Shown in pieces: positions 7,472 through 16,566 of a stretch of DNA of 64,000 nt. Location of the stretch: the NCBI RefSeq assembly GCF_030013595.1, contig NZ_CP122768.1. One strand, written 5' to 3'. The notes under the pieces were generated by a model that did no database searches, had not been told where the DNA came from, and worked only from the letters and a program-made list of their open reading frames with translations. Every line of letters begins with the position of its first letter. Positions within the stretch are counted from its first letter, which is position 1. Source of the DNA: Escherichia coli. Lineage in GTDB: Bacteria > Pseudomonadota > Gammaproteobacteria > Enterobacterales > Enterobacteriaceae. The position numbers and the translations under genes were made by a program.

Positions 7472-7670
7472 ATTTATTCTCCTGTAAATAAAAAGGACCA
7501 TCAGCGGCCCCGTAACTGACATTTTATTAACGTTTGAAGATATGGATATTTATCAGGGTTTACCGTTTTCTGAACCCTGGATATGTTAAGCATTCAGCCC
7601 GCCAGTGGTGGGACGCTGGCTCATCATAGAGAAAGAGGGATGGCTGATTACCTCTGATCAGGGAAATCAC

Positions 7671-7940
7671 ATGCAGTTTTTACATAAAAGAATGCATTTA
7701 AATGCAGGAGATACGGTAGTGGTTGACTGCTCTCATCAGTGCAATATTTTGCTGATGACAGATACAAACTTTAATAACTACCGCAACGCAAGAAGCTTTC
7801 ATCATCACGGTGGTGGCGGTTTTTTTCAGAGATTACCGGCCCACCTTCATGTACCGCATTCAGGTTACTGGAATATTACAATTGATTTAGGAGGCGGAAG
7901 TGCAGCTATTCGGCACTCCATTTCCGTCATCCCAGCATAG
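7671..7940 (+). CDS. Hypothetical phage protein, antisense to the late operon
   Basis: ATG at 7671 with AGGGA RBS (the listed ORF begins at a GTG at 7605); hairpin plus T-run downstream at about 8196-8235. Confidence 0.4.
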   Translation: MQFLHKRMHLNAGDTVVVDCSHQCNILLMTDTNFNNYRNARSFHHHGGGGFFQRLPAHLHVPHSGYWNITIDLGGGSAAIRHSISVIPA

Positions 7941-8298
7941 CAACTCGCCTTTAGCCTGAGTAAATGCGTCCTCAAGGACGGCAACGAGTCGCAGTTGCGT
8001 GCCGTCCTTTACACAGCGTGTGCAGGCAATACCTTCAGAACTTTCATTATGCCGAGCTCATACAATTTCACCATTTTGTTCAACTACAACGCTCATAATT
8101 TTCTTACACTTTTTTAATAAACCACACCAATAACAACCATCACCGATACCTTTTGTATGCTGTTATTTTGCATTACGGTGTAACGGCAAGAGCCCCCTCC
8201 CCGCCCTGAAAGGCTCTGTGTTTTTGATGTGCGCCTGATGTGGCTCAGATACAAAAAAGCTCGCAGTAGCGAGCTAACAGAAAATATGAAGCATGTTT

Positions 8299-8577
8299 TT
8301 ATCCACGAAGTATGACGTTGAATTCATCCATACCGACACGGCTGGCTATCTCGTTGTATTCCTCAACAAGAGCCAGCAATTCTGAATTAGCAGCCATGAA
8401 CTCTTCAAAAACCTTATGGATGGCATCACTGTTTAATAAAACAATGTTCTTTCCTGAAAGGCGATCAGGGGTAGAAAATATAACTGTCAAACGACTAAAG
8501 GCCCTGGCTCGTTCAGCATTAACATCCTCAATACGCTGCAACAAGCTGGAGCACCTGGAAATATCATCAATATTCAC
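8299..8577 (-). CDS. Hypothetical protein (cargo between Q and lysis genes)
   Basis: 92 aa ORF followed by a minus-strand hairpin terminator (gctcgcagtagcgagc with T-run) near 8254-8280. Confidence 0.4.
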   Translation of the reverse strand: MNIDDISRCSSLLQRIEDVNAERARAFSRLTVIFSTPDRLSGKNIVLLNSDAIHKVFEEFMAANSELLALVEEYNEIASRVGMDEFNVILRG

Positions 8578-9095
8578 TCTACTCCTGCCATCTGGATGAT
8601 AATCATTTCACGGAGAGAAGCACTCAGAAGTACCACTGAAGTATAGCTGGTGACCAGCTACTTACACATCTATTGCCATCCTGCTGATGATAAGTCGACA
8701 TTAGCCCTTCTGTCTATAAACGAAACAAAGGATAAGTTCAGGTTTTAAACACACTGCCAGGATAAAGTATTGTATACAGTATAGAAGAGCGTTATTGAAT
8801 GACATAAAAAACCAGACCTAATCCCTTATCCGGAAGATATATCAAATAAACGGGGAAAATGTATTAAGATGGCGTTCCTATTCTCTCCATCCCTGATGTC
8901 CACGTAACTCGTTATAGAATCAGAACGCCATCTGAATACACACAAAAAAGCTGACTTCACACCCTCCAGATGTGTGAACGCAGTGCCCGACCACGTGCTT
9001 TCGCAACCAGCACAAATCATTTTAAAGCATCGAAAAACGATCAGAATATATCAGAACTTCCTAGCATCCTGCTTGGCTTAGATATTAATCGAGGA

Positions 9096-10181
9096 TTAGC
9101 TCCTGTTCTTATCTAATTGTGCATTTCGCAATTTATCGTTCAGCACCAATATTTCACCAACTGTTTGTTCAAAACGCCCGGACTCAAGTTCAACCCCAAT
9201 CGTGCGACGCCCCAATCCCATTGCTGCTTTTATTGTTGCCCCCGATCCCATAAAAAAATCCGCAACCACATCCCCCGGACGACTGCTGGCAGAAATTATC
9301 TGACGCAACATATCCGCCGGTTTTTCGCAGGGATGCTTACCCGGATAATACTGCACGGGCTTATGCGTCCAGACGTCCGTATAAGGAACGGCGGCCGATA
9401 CAGAAAAATAACGCCGCAGAGATTTGTATTCCTCAAGCAGACTGGCATATTGCCGGTTCAGTTCACTGTATGTGCTGACCAGTTGCTGGTGTGGCGTTGC
9501 CAGCTCCCCACGCTGGTGCTTTTCTTCTGCAACACACGCGAACAGCGCCTGCAGTTTTCTGTAATCAGCTTCGTTCGGTAACTGCCACTGACAGGTACCA
9601 AACCAGTGCGACACCATGTTTTTCTTTCCGGTGGCTTCCGCTATCTGTTTGGACGTTATCCCCAGTGATTCACGCGCATCACGGAAGTAAGAAATCAGCG
9701 GGGCCATGACGTGTTGTTTAAGCTCGCGCTCCTTTGCCGCATAGCCATCATTTTTTGGCTGGTATGGCCCCTGATAATGTTCGGCAAACAGAATGCGCTC
9801 TGTTGCCGGGAAATACGCCCGCAGGCTTTCTTTGTTGCACCCGTTCCAGCGTCCGGATGGCTTCGCCCAGATAATGTGGTTCAGCACATTAAAGCGCTCA
9901 CGCATCATGATTTCGGTGTCAGATGCCAGGCGATGACCACAGAACAGGTAGAGACTTCCGGCAGGTTTCAGTACCCGCCAGAACTGAGCCAGACACTGAT
10001 CCAGCCATTTCAGGTAATCATCGTCGCCCTTCCACTGGTTATCCCAGCCCTCGGGCTTCACTTTAAAGTATGGCGGGTCTGTGACTATCAGATCGACAGA
10101 GTTTTCCGGTAAGGTCTGGATAAATTCCAGGCAATCAGCGTTGATTAACTCACAACTGGATATTTTTACAGTATCAACCAT
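9096..10181 (-). CDS. Orphan DNA N6-adenine (or N4-cytosine) methyltransferase, beta class
   Basis: LIVTDPPYF (motif IV) precedes DFFMGSGATIKAA (motif I); no adjacent restriction endonuclease gene. Confidence 0.75.
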   Translation of the reverse strand: MVDTVKISSCELINADCLEFIQTLPENSVDLIVTDPPYFKVKPEGWDNQWKGDDDYLKWLDQCLAQFWRVLKPAGSLYLFCGHRLASDTEIMMRERFNVLNHIIWAKPSGRWNGCNKESLRAYFPATERILFAEHYQGPYQPKNDGYAAKERELKQHVMAPLISYFRDARESLGITSKQIAEATGKKNMVSHWFGTCQWQLPNEADYRKLQALFACVAEEKHQRGELATPHQQLVSTYSELNRQYASLLEEYKSLRRYFSVSAAVPYTDVWTHKPVQYYPGKHPCEKPADMLRQIISASSRPGDVVADFFMGSGATIKAAMGLGRRTIGVELESGRFEQTVGEILVLNDKLRNAQLDKNRS

Positions 10182-10331
10182 AGATCAATAAGCACTTCTC
10201 TGATAGGCTCATACCGCTTTTGCGCAAAGCAGATGGGCCTGAGGTTTGCTTGTGACCCTAACGCATGAGCAGATGGCTGGCAGGTGCCGCTAACACCCAC
10301 CAGCCGCCCATTACCACAAATGAAAAAACCT

Positions 10332-10529
10332 TCACTGCGGAAGGCGTCTGTAACAACCGAACTGATAATCTGCCAGACCCGCCATAACAAGCTGGGTCAG
10401 TATTAACTGACAGCGTTCGCGTGAAAGGTAAGTATTCTGCGCAATTTCCCCAACTGTTGCCGGTTCAGTGACGCTTAATTCATTAAACACCACTCTGGCT
10501 GTTTCGGTCATATCCTGCTGTTTTAGCAT
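10332..10529 (-). CDS. Small hypothetical protein, possibly DNA-binding
   Basis: 65 aa ORF upstream of the methyltransferase. Confidence 0.3.
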   Translation of the reverse strand: MLKQQDMTETARVVFNELSVTEPATVGEIAQNTYLSRERCQLILTQLVMAGLADYQFGCYRRLPQ

Positions 10530-10702
10530 GTCTTTTTCTCTTTATTGGTTAACGTGACATACCAATAACTCTTGTCGAAAAAGCCAGCAAGCTGAAAGAC
10601 CGGTATTAATAACCACCTGCACATTTTATGTACCGAACCATTTTTCTGGCATAAAAAACCTCTCAATGGCGGGCGGTAAAAATCTTTGTTACTCAAGAAA
10701 TT

Positions 10703-11416
10703 TTAACGCACTCTGACTGTATTAATTTCAAAATCATTAATATTTCCGCTATTAAATATAACGAATTTCTTACCCCCACTCCTGTATGATTTCGATAACA
10801 CCAGACGATCATCATAACGCGCAATAATGTAATACCATACATTCTCATAGTGGATCGCCTGATATTCCCTCTTAAACTGTGGTTTGTACCAACCGGCAAT
10901 AAGAGAGAATGCCCAGAAATAAATCATAAACCCAGCCATCATGAACTCAATTCGGTGATGACGAATAAAAGACATTTCCGAAAAACATTTGACTGAAACA
11001 AGTCTTCTTCCAAACCTGACAAAAAGCGTGATTGTAAAGGCAGCAAGAATGCAGAAAATCAGTACATCTGGCTCAACATGCTGATGGATTACCGAAAACT
11101 CCAGAACAGGTGGAATAAAAAGCAGCAATATCGCGAGAAAAAGCCGGATAAAACTCAAATTTTGTATATTGCGCTTTTGTTTTATGCCCAAAAAGAAAAC
11201 AATACCAACTCCCCATCCAATAAGGAATATAACGATAACTGTCACAGCATAAAACAAACTTCGTGCTACATCATCGACACCAGCCCCGACAACCCACCAT
11301 GGAAAGCCATAGTAAAATGAAGTACCCCATCCATAGAAATAAGCGCTTCCCCATCCTAGACAGCCCATATAAGCAACAAAAAGTGAAGAGTTTCTGAGCA
11401 GAGCACTGTCATCCAT
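10703..11416 (-). CDS. Multi-pass membrane protein of unknown function (first gene after pR'/tR')
   Basis: 237 aa with about four hydrophobic helices and an approx 50 aa soluble C-terminus; lies in a visibly AT-rich segment. Confidence 0.5.
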   Translation of the reverse strand: MDDSALLRNSSLFVAYMGCLGWGSAYFYGWGTSFYYGFPWWVVGAGVDDVARSLFYAVTVIVIFLIGWGVGIVFFLGIKQKRNIQNLSFIRLFLAILLLFIPPVLEFSVIHQHVEPDVLIFCILAAFTITLFVRFGRRLVSVKCFSEMSFIRHHRIEFMMAGFMIYFWAFSLIAGWYKPQFKREYQAIHYENVWYYIIARYDDRLVLSKSYRSGGKKFVIFNSGNINDFEINTVRVR

Positions 11417-11554
11417 AGTAACACCATTAACAACTCAAAAATATCAACACATATTACATAACAAATTGGATTCCATGCAGTCAAGGGGCGTCATTGATGG
11501 AGAAAGTATTGGCACAATCATCATCACGTTTAATGTCTATGCCATTTTTTTGGG

Positions 11555-11583
11555 GATAAAAAAACCCGCTCGGTCACGGGTTT
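11555..11583 (-). terminator. tR'-like Rho-independent terminator
   Basis: aaacccgtgaccgagcggguuu hairpin followed by T-run on the minus strand, about 50 nt downstream of the putative pR'. Confidence 0.55.
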
Positions 11584-11637
11584 TACTAGCTTTGCCATCA
11601 CGTATAAAAACGGCAAAATATCAGATTCACACGAAAT

Positions 11638-11666
11638 ATATGCCTTTTTATCTACTTTTGCAATAC
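11638..11666 (-). promoter_or_regulatory. pR'-like late promoter immediately downstream of Q
   Basis: Minus-strand TTGCAA, 17 nt spacer, TATATT; positioned between Q stop (11671) and the terminator. Confidence 0.45.
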
Positions 11667-11670
11667 TTTG

Positions 11671-12342
11671 CTATGAAAATGCCGCCTTTTGTTTTGAACG
11701 TGTTCCCTCCACCAACAATAAAGCTTCACCATCCAGCCGATGAAAAATGTGTTTCATTGCAACCCAGTGACCAGTAAATGTCTTGGACCAGTTTTTGGTT
11801 GTTACTCCCACCAGTAACGCCAGTTCCTGGTATTCGTAACCTTCCCCACCAAAAAGCTCAGCTTTTACCGCCTGCGCCGCCAACCAGATCAACGTCTTCA
11901 GGCGCACCAGAGTTTTTCCTGCAATTTTTCTGGTACCGGATTGAGCATTAAATTCAGTCCACGCCCACTGCGTTATCGCGATCTGATGCTCCCAGCAAAT
12001 GCTACCGCTGTAACACCACAGCAGCCAGGCTTTATGATGTTCTTCAAGAGACAGAACGGCGCGTCGCCATGATGATGTCGAAAACTCAACCGGACTGACC
12101 AGGGCAATTGATGAACCTTTCACCAGCGATTGCTTTCCCGGGATCGGTGGATTATCCAGCGTTACTATTTTTCCAGTGACCTTATCGCGGTACCGGATTT
12201 TTTTACGTCTGTAACGCCCTGTATTGAACATGGCATTCTCCTGCCAGGCTTCAAGCTGACCTTTTGTTGCTCCACTCAAATCAGCGGTGGCGATCATGAG
12301 CTGCTCACGCACAAACTGTAAATACTGGTTATTCATGCGCAC
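11671..12342 (-). CDS. Probable late antiterminator (Q-like)
   Basis: 223 aa ORF directly upstream of a promoter/terminator pair and downstream of rusA, the canonical Q position; family assignment by context only. Confidence 0.45.
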   Translation of the reverse strand: MRMNNQYLQFVREQLMIATADLSGATKGQLEAWQENAMFNTGRYRRKKIRYRDKVTGKIVTLDNPPIPGKQSLVKGSSIALVSPVEFSTSSWRRAVLSLEEHHKAWLLWCYSGSICWEHQIAITQWAWTEFNAQSGTRKIAGKTLVRLKTLIWLAAQAVKAELFGGEGYEYQELALLVGVTTKNWSKTFTGHWVAMKHIFHRLDGEALLLVEGTRSKQKAAFS

Positions 12343-12692
12343 TCCAGTTCTGTGATTTTTATCCCCAGCCGACCACCGGGAACAACCTGACCGCGCATAA
12401 TATTAACTTCATCAAACTGCTCATCGTCGATAAGCAGTCCCGCATGTGTCAGCGCATCCAGTGGTGCCTTCAGGATATTGTCCAGGTCGCGGCGGCGCTT
12501 ATCCGGTGGCTCTGCAATAATTTTTATTGCCAGCCTTCCGGACAGGTTTAATTTCAGTCGCTGCTGGCGAACAATAAGCGCCACATCACGGCGATAACGC
12601 TCACCGGCTTTTGATACAAAATATGTGCTGCCACGACGTCGCCAGTAGGTGTTCACCGTTGGCGGGTAAGGCAAAACAAATTCTATCCCCAT
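12333..12692 (-). CDS. rusA: RusA-family Holliday junction resolvase
   Basis: 119 aa; PYPPTVNTYWRRRG...RRRDLDNILKAPLDALTHAGLLIDD matches RusA conserved motifs. Confidence 0.85.
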   Translation of the reverse strand: MGIEFVLPYPPTVNTYWRRRGSTYFVSKAGERYRRDVALIVRQQRLKLNLSGRLAIKIIAEPPDKRRRDLDNILKAPLDALTHAGLLIDDEQFDEVNIMRGQVVPGGRLGIKITELECA

Positions 12693-12704
12693 CAGTAACC
12701 TCTT

Positions 12705-13754
12705 TTATCCGAGTACGCCTGTTGCAAAGGCGTGATCAAGAAAACGAAAAATTAAATCAACCTGAGAACCATGTTTTTCTTCGAATGCCTGCGGATCCGC
12801 ATGAAGCTCGTTGTGATGCTCCCGACACAGCGGCAACGTAAAAATATCGTGGGCCTTTGTTCCCATCCCTCCCTGACCGTGACCAATCAGGTGATGGGGA
12901 TCGTCGGCTGGCTTACCACAACACGCACACGGCTGTGTCTTCACCCAGCGTGTGTATTTCTCATTTACCCAACGGCGACGTTTAGGTCGCTTCATGAAAG
13001 ATTCCGGAGACTCAGGATCAACGGCAATGCTGACCACCGTCTTTTCCTGTGGTGTGTTCTGTTGCTGGTGGACGTGAGGCAACGGCGCAAGATTTTTTGT
13101 GCGCTGCTTCAGTATGCTGGTGGCGGTCTGCTCTCCCGGTACGATGTCGCTTTCGCGGTAAACCGTGCGGATTTTTTCCGCACGTAATCCCAGAGAACGA
13201 CGTAATACTGCCTCCGGTAGCGCGTCCGCCACCTGATTGCAGACCGCCCACCAGGATAATTCAGCCAGCGATAATTCCCGTTCCTGTGCACCACTTATTG
13301 CGTGACGTATGACGTCAATCATCCAGGCTGTCAGATTTTGTTGAGCAAGCTGCCCGAGTGATTCGGATGTCTGGTCGCGCAGCTGGTTGTCGCAGTGCCA
13401 GCACAACAACATTGCGCCGGTACCGTAACGATGTATGACGGTTTCACTGTGGTGATAGTCTCCATGAGGCCACTGGCAGGATTTAACATGACGCAGGAGC
13501 CAGTCAGACAGTGCGCCAGCGCCGCCAGCAGCACGAATCACACGCTCATCGCTGAAAAACGGCAGCAATGTTTTATCTTCCGCCAGCGGCTGGCGAACGG
13601 CAGGAACGACTCCGGACGGCATACCGCGCATGTTTTTCGGTTCCGGCTCCACCAGCACCCTGCCGTTATGGAATACCTGCATGGATTCACGCCCCGGCTT
13701 AAGGACCACCAGCCCGAGTTCCGGTACCGGAACAGGTCGAAGTAATACCCGCAC
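12705..13754 (-). CDS. DUF968-like lambdoid nin-region protein with C-terminal Cys/His cluster
   Basis: 349 aa; C-terminus CACCGKPADDPHHL...CREHHNELH; family assignment from memory of YdfU-like prophage proteins. Confidence 0.5.
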   Translation of the reverse strand: MRVLLRPVPVPELGLVVLKPGRESMQVFHNGRVLVEPEPKNMRGMPSGVVPAVRQPLAEDKTLLPFFSDERVIRAAGGAGALSDWLLRHVKSCQWPHGDYHHSETVIHRYGTGAMLLCWHCDNQLRDQTSESLGQLAQQNLTAWMIDVIRHAISGAQERELSLAELSWWAVCNQVADALPEAVLRRSLGLRAEKIRTVYRESDIVPGEQTATSILKQRTKNLAPLPHVHQQQNTPQEKTVVSIAVDPESPESFMKRPKRRRWVNEKYTRWVKTQPCACCGKPADDPHHLIGHGQGGMGTKAHDIFTLPLCREHHNELHADPQAFEEKHGSQVDLIFRFLDHAFATGVLG

Positions 13755-13755
13755 G

Positions 13756-14028
13756 TTACCTCCAGATGCGTTGCTGGAATGTGCGGGACGGACGCGGCGG
13801 GCGTTCGGAATAAGGGAGCCTGACGTAGATTATCCAGTGATGGTAGTCGAGGCTAAGGGCTTTCTTAAACTCATACCCACGTCTGCGGTAGTTATGAATC
13901 AGCCATTCGGCCTGTTCTTCAGTGCAGGGATCGTGCTGATACCAGTCATATTTGAATGTGTGAGAACACCGCCCTTGCCTGCTGGCAGGGGCGGTATCAG
14001 AATTGTGATGTTTGGTATTGTGCGCCAT
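13756..14028 (-). CDS. Hypothetical nin-region protein
   Basis: ORF; likely start MAHNTKHH. Confidence 0.35.
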   Translation of the reverse strand: MAHNTKHHNSDTAPASRQGRCSHTFKYDWYQHDPCTEEQAEWLIHNYRRRGYEFKKALSLDYHHWIIYVRLPYSERPPRPSRTFQQRIWR

Positions 14029-14163
14029 CGGTTTTCTCTGCTGGCGCAGCAGGTGCCAGTTGTTCAAGCTGGCGTGCGGCAATATTGTCTCTGATTTCTG
14101 TTGTCGTCAACAGGCAACGTGCTATCATCGAATGGTGTTCTATCCTACTCCGTGAGGTTTACC

Positions 14164-14421
14164 ATGCGTACAACCCAACAATTCAGCATTACATTAACTA
14201 ACGAAATGGCTGACATGGTGCGCGCCCGTGTGGCTTCCGGTGCCTATGCTTCAGAAAGCGAGGTCATTCGTGAAGGGCTTCGCGCACTGAATGAGCGCGA
14301 TAAAGCAATCGAAGCGTGGTTAACGCATTCAGCCGCCCCCTCTCTTGATTCTATCCGCGAAACCCCAAACAACGGACGCTCCATTTCACAGGTTCGCGCC
14401 GCGATTCGATCCGGGAAGTAA
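14164..14421 (+). CDS. parD: ParD-family antitoxin (ribbon-helix-helix)
   Basis: 85 aa; MRTTQQFSITLTNEMADMVRARVASGAYASESEVIREGLRAL typical ParD; immediately upstream of a ParE-like gene. Confidence 0.8.
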   Translation: MRTTQQFSITLTNEMADMVRARVASGAYASESEVIREGLRALNERDKAIEAWLTHSAAPSLDSIRETPNNGRSISQVRAAIRSGK

Positions 14422-14426
14422 TCTGC

Positions 14427-14726
14427 ATGACATATGAAGTCATCATTACTCCTGAGGCCGAACAACAAATAATCAACCTGCACAGGTATATAACGGAGAA
14501 AGCAGGGAACGTCATTGCTGACAATTATGCCAATGCGCTTCTTGATTATCTTGATGGGTTTTCTACATTCCCGCATCGGGGCAATAAACGCGATGATATT
14601 CGCCAGGGGATGCGGGTAACTCATTTCCGCCACAGAACGATTATTGCTTTTGCCGTTGATAGCAGAAAAGTCTTTATTGTCGGTATCTATCATGGTGGGC
14701 AAAGTTATGAAACCGATTTCTTATAA
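14427..14726 (+). CDS. parE: ParE/RelE-family toxin
   Basis: 99 aa; starts 6 nt after parD stop; a hairpin terminator follows. Confidence 0.75.
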   Translation: MTYEVIITPEAEQQIINLHRYITEKAGNVIADNYANALLDYLDGFSTFPHRGNKRDDIRQGMRVTHFRHRTIIAFAVDSRKVFIVGIYHGGQSYETDFL

Positions 14727-14807
14727 ACTTTTACCCACATCATTCCGGTGTTAGAATTAACCGTCCGCCCCCTCTCTTACTGGCGGATTCGTAGGCTATA
14801 TAAATCA

Positions 14808-14845
14808 AAGATCCCGGCTCATGTTTGTGTCGGGATCTTTTTTCG
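14808..14845 (+). terminator. Rho-independent terminator after parDE
   Basis: gatcccgg..ccgggatc hairpin followed by TTTTTT. Confidence 0.6.
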
Positions 14846-14850
14846 GCGAT

Positions 14851-14934
14851 TTATCCCCAGCGGCAAATCGAATACACCACCAGCGCCACCGCCATCGCAA
14901 TTCCTACCGTTGTGAATGCTTCAGGCCAGGTCAT
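14851..14934 (-). CDS. Possible 27-aa hydrophobic peptide translationally coupled to the upstream gene
   Basis: ATG overlaps stop of the 114-aa gene (ATGA); peptide [27 protein letters not shown]. Below the ORF-track length cutoff, so speculative. Confidence 0.25.
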   Translation of the reverse strand: MTWPEAFTTVGIAMAVALVVYSICRWG

Positions 14935-15275
14935 CGTAAAATATCCTCCACGCTTATCAGTCCGTTCCGCTCCAGATAACTCATCGCCTTATCCGGTAAT
15001 TTGCAGTCTGGCTTCGCTTTCCTCAGTTGCCAGGTTAACTGCTTTACCAGCATGGTTAACTCATCGACCAGACGCTGATATCCCACTGGTTTGTATTCAT
15101 GCAATTTACCGGCTGGCTCTGCTGCCAGCGATACCAGTGCGATTTCCAGAACAGCAATATCCATCTTATATGTGCGGATGATGTCATGGTCGATTGTGCC
15201 CGGTATGCACAGTCTCTGTGCTTCAATAGTCTCCTCTGCGTGAGCTATTAACTGCTCTCTGGTAAAAGTCGTCAT
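14931..15275 (-). CDS. Hypothetical phage protein
   Basis: 114 aa ORF overlapping the HNH gene stop by 4 nt. Confidence 0.4.
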   Translation of the reverse strand: MTTFTREQLIAHAEETIEAQRLCIPGTIDHDIIRTYKMDIAVLEIALVSLAAEPAGKLHEYKPVGYQRLVDELTMLVKQLTWQLRKAKPDCKLPDKAMSYLERNGLISVEDILR

Positions 15276-15637
15276 GCCGTAGCCCCTTCTTGATATTTTT
15301 CAAACCAGAACACAACTGGGTCAGATTTCATTTCAACCAATCCCATACGAACCAGCGCTTTGCCTTTCCCGGACGCAAGGAATTCACGACGACCATCACT
15401 GATAATTCGCCGATAATCTTCCAGACTACTGCAATGCTTGTGCAGATTGCATGGGTGGCATGCCGGAACCATGTTGGATATATCGTCACGTTCCTGGTGA
15501 AGCATATTTCCATCAAAACGAATGACCGGTTTTACATGGTCTGCATGCCACTTTTCGCCAAGTTCGCAGCCGCAATAAGCACAGCGACCGCCGAACTTCA
15601 TGCGCAGCTCTGCACGTTGTTTTTTCGTCAGTGCCAT
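15272..15637 (-). CDS. HNH endonuclease
   Basis: Start MALTKKQ with AGGAAA RBS; CAYCGC...HADHVKP...N...[11 protein letters not shown] Cys/His-Asn-His motifs. Confidence 0.7.
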   Translation of the reverse strand: MALTKKQRAELRMKFGGRCAYCGCELGEKWHADHVKPVIRFDGNMLHQERDDISNMVPACHPCNLHKHCSSLEDYRRIISDGRREFLASGKGKALVRMGLVEMKSDPVVFWFEKYQEGATA

Positions 15638-15638
15638 A

Positions 15639-15857
15639 TCAGCTTTCCTTATACGGATTAATTTTATTGTGCAGTGTGTTGAACGACGCCCACACCACGT
15701 CGTTATACAATTCAATAACTGGCTCAATTATTTTCACGATAAACCAGACCAGTAATAGCGGGGATATCGGTATCATCAACACGATAAATATAATGAGAAA
15801 CAAAAATTCTGTCGCTCTACTTTTTCTCGGATATTCTTTTCTGAATAATGTAGTCAT
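15639..15857 (-). CDS. Small membrane protein
   Basis: 72 aa with one long hydrophobic segment. Confidence 0.35.
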   Translation of the reverse strand: MTTLFRKEYPRKSRATEFLFLIIFIVLMIPISPLLLVWFIVKIIEPVIELYNDVVWASFNTLHNKINPYKES

Positions 15858-15889
15858 TTCTTACCGCCCTTTCGGGCGGCCTCCTGACA

Positions 15890-16102
15890 TTAATCATTGT
15901 GATAACTCATAGTTTCATTTGCAGCATCAACTGGATCAACATCCCACCAGCAATAATTTTGGTCGAGTCCTTCAGGTGTCCACGGCTCTAATTCATTTTT
16001 TACCGCATTCTCGTCACCAGTAATTTTAAAAATCTGCTCAGAAAATTTCCTCACCCACTCGTTATATTTTTCCGCATTAATGGTTTTCTGTGTATTTAAC
16101 AT
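15890..16102 (-). CDS. Hypothetical phage protein
   Basis: 70 aa ORF. Confidence 0.3.
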   Translation of the reverse strand: MLNTQKTINAEKYNEWVRKFSEQIFKITGDENAVKNELEPWTPEGLDQNYCWWDVDPVDAANETMSYHND

Positions 16103-16152
16103 AGATATGCCTCCAGTTAAGGATTTGATTTTATTTACAGTGCTAAATTTAA

Positions 16153-16509
16153 TTATTCAGTTCTGGATTTTGTCGCCCTGCGTATCCGCGCTTTCGCGTT
16201 ACGCTCAATCTGAATTAACTTTTCTATATTTTTCCGTCTTTCCTGTTCCTCCTGGCGCAATAGCCTTACATCATCTGCCAGTCTGGTTTCTCTTTTCGCC
16301 ACAGAGAGCATCCAGTCAAACGGCTCCACAACTGCACCGCAGATTTTACAGCGGACCTGACGCTCTTTTTCGTCAACCCGAACAGAGGCGTGATGACAAT
16401 ATGCTCTTTCCGATGGCTCATAAAGAAAATTAACCTGATTACGTGGGTCATCCTCTTTTACCGGAAATAAAACGATATTGCTTAACTCATCTTCTGGTTT
16501 TATTTCCAT
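16153..16509 (-). CDS. Hypothetical phage protein with Cys pair (possible zinc ribbon)
   Basis: Start MEIKPE with GGAGAAG RBS; CKICG motif. Confidence 0.4.
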   Translation of the reverse strand: MEIKPEDELSNIVLFPVKEDDPRNQVNFLYEPSERAYCHHASVRVDEKERQVRCKICGAVVEPFDWMLSVAKRETRLADDVRLLRQEEQERRKNIEKLIQIERNAKARIRRATKSRTE

Positions 16510-16566
16510 GCTCTTCTCCTTTGATGTGAATGCCAGCGGTAATTGAAGCCTGATAGCTAATTTCAT

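Noticed and set aside
7471-11560. Shiga toxin or other AB5 toxin genes between Q and lysis genes
   Set aside because: No ORF pair with the size and signal-peptide pattern of stxA/stxB is present; the cargo genes are different.
12771-13745. Plus-strand and alternate-frame ORFs within the DUF968-like gene (12771-13187, 13049-13312, 13395-13745 and others)
   Set aside because: Nested in a longer minus-strand ORF with coherent operon context; GC-rich sequence gives spurious open frames.
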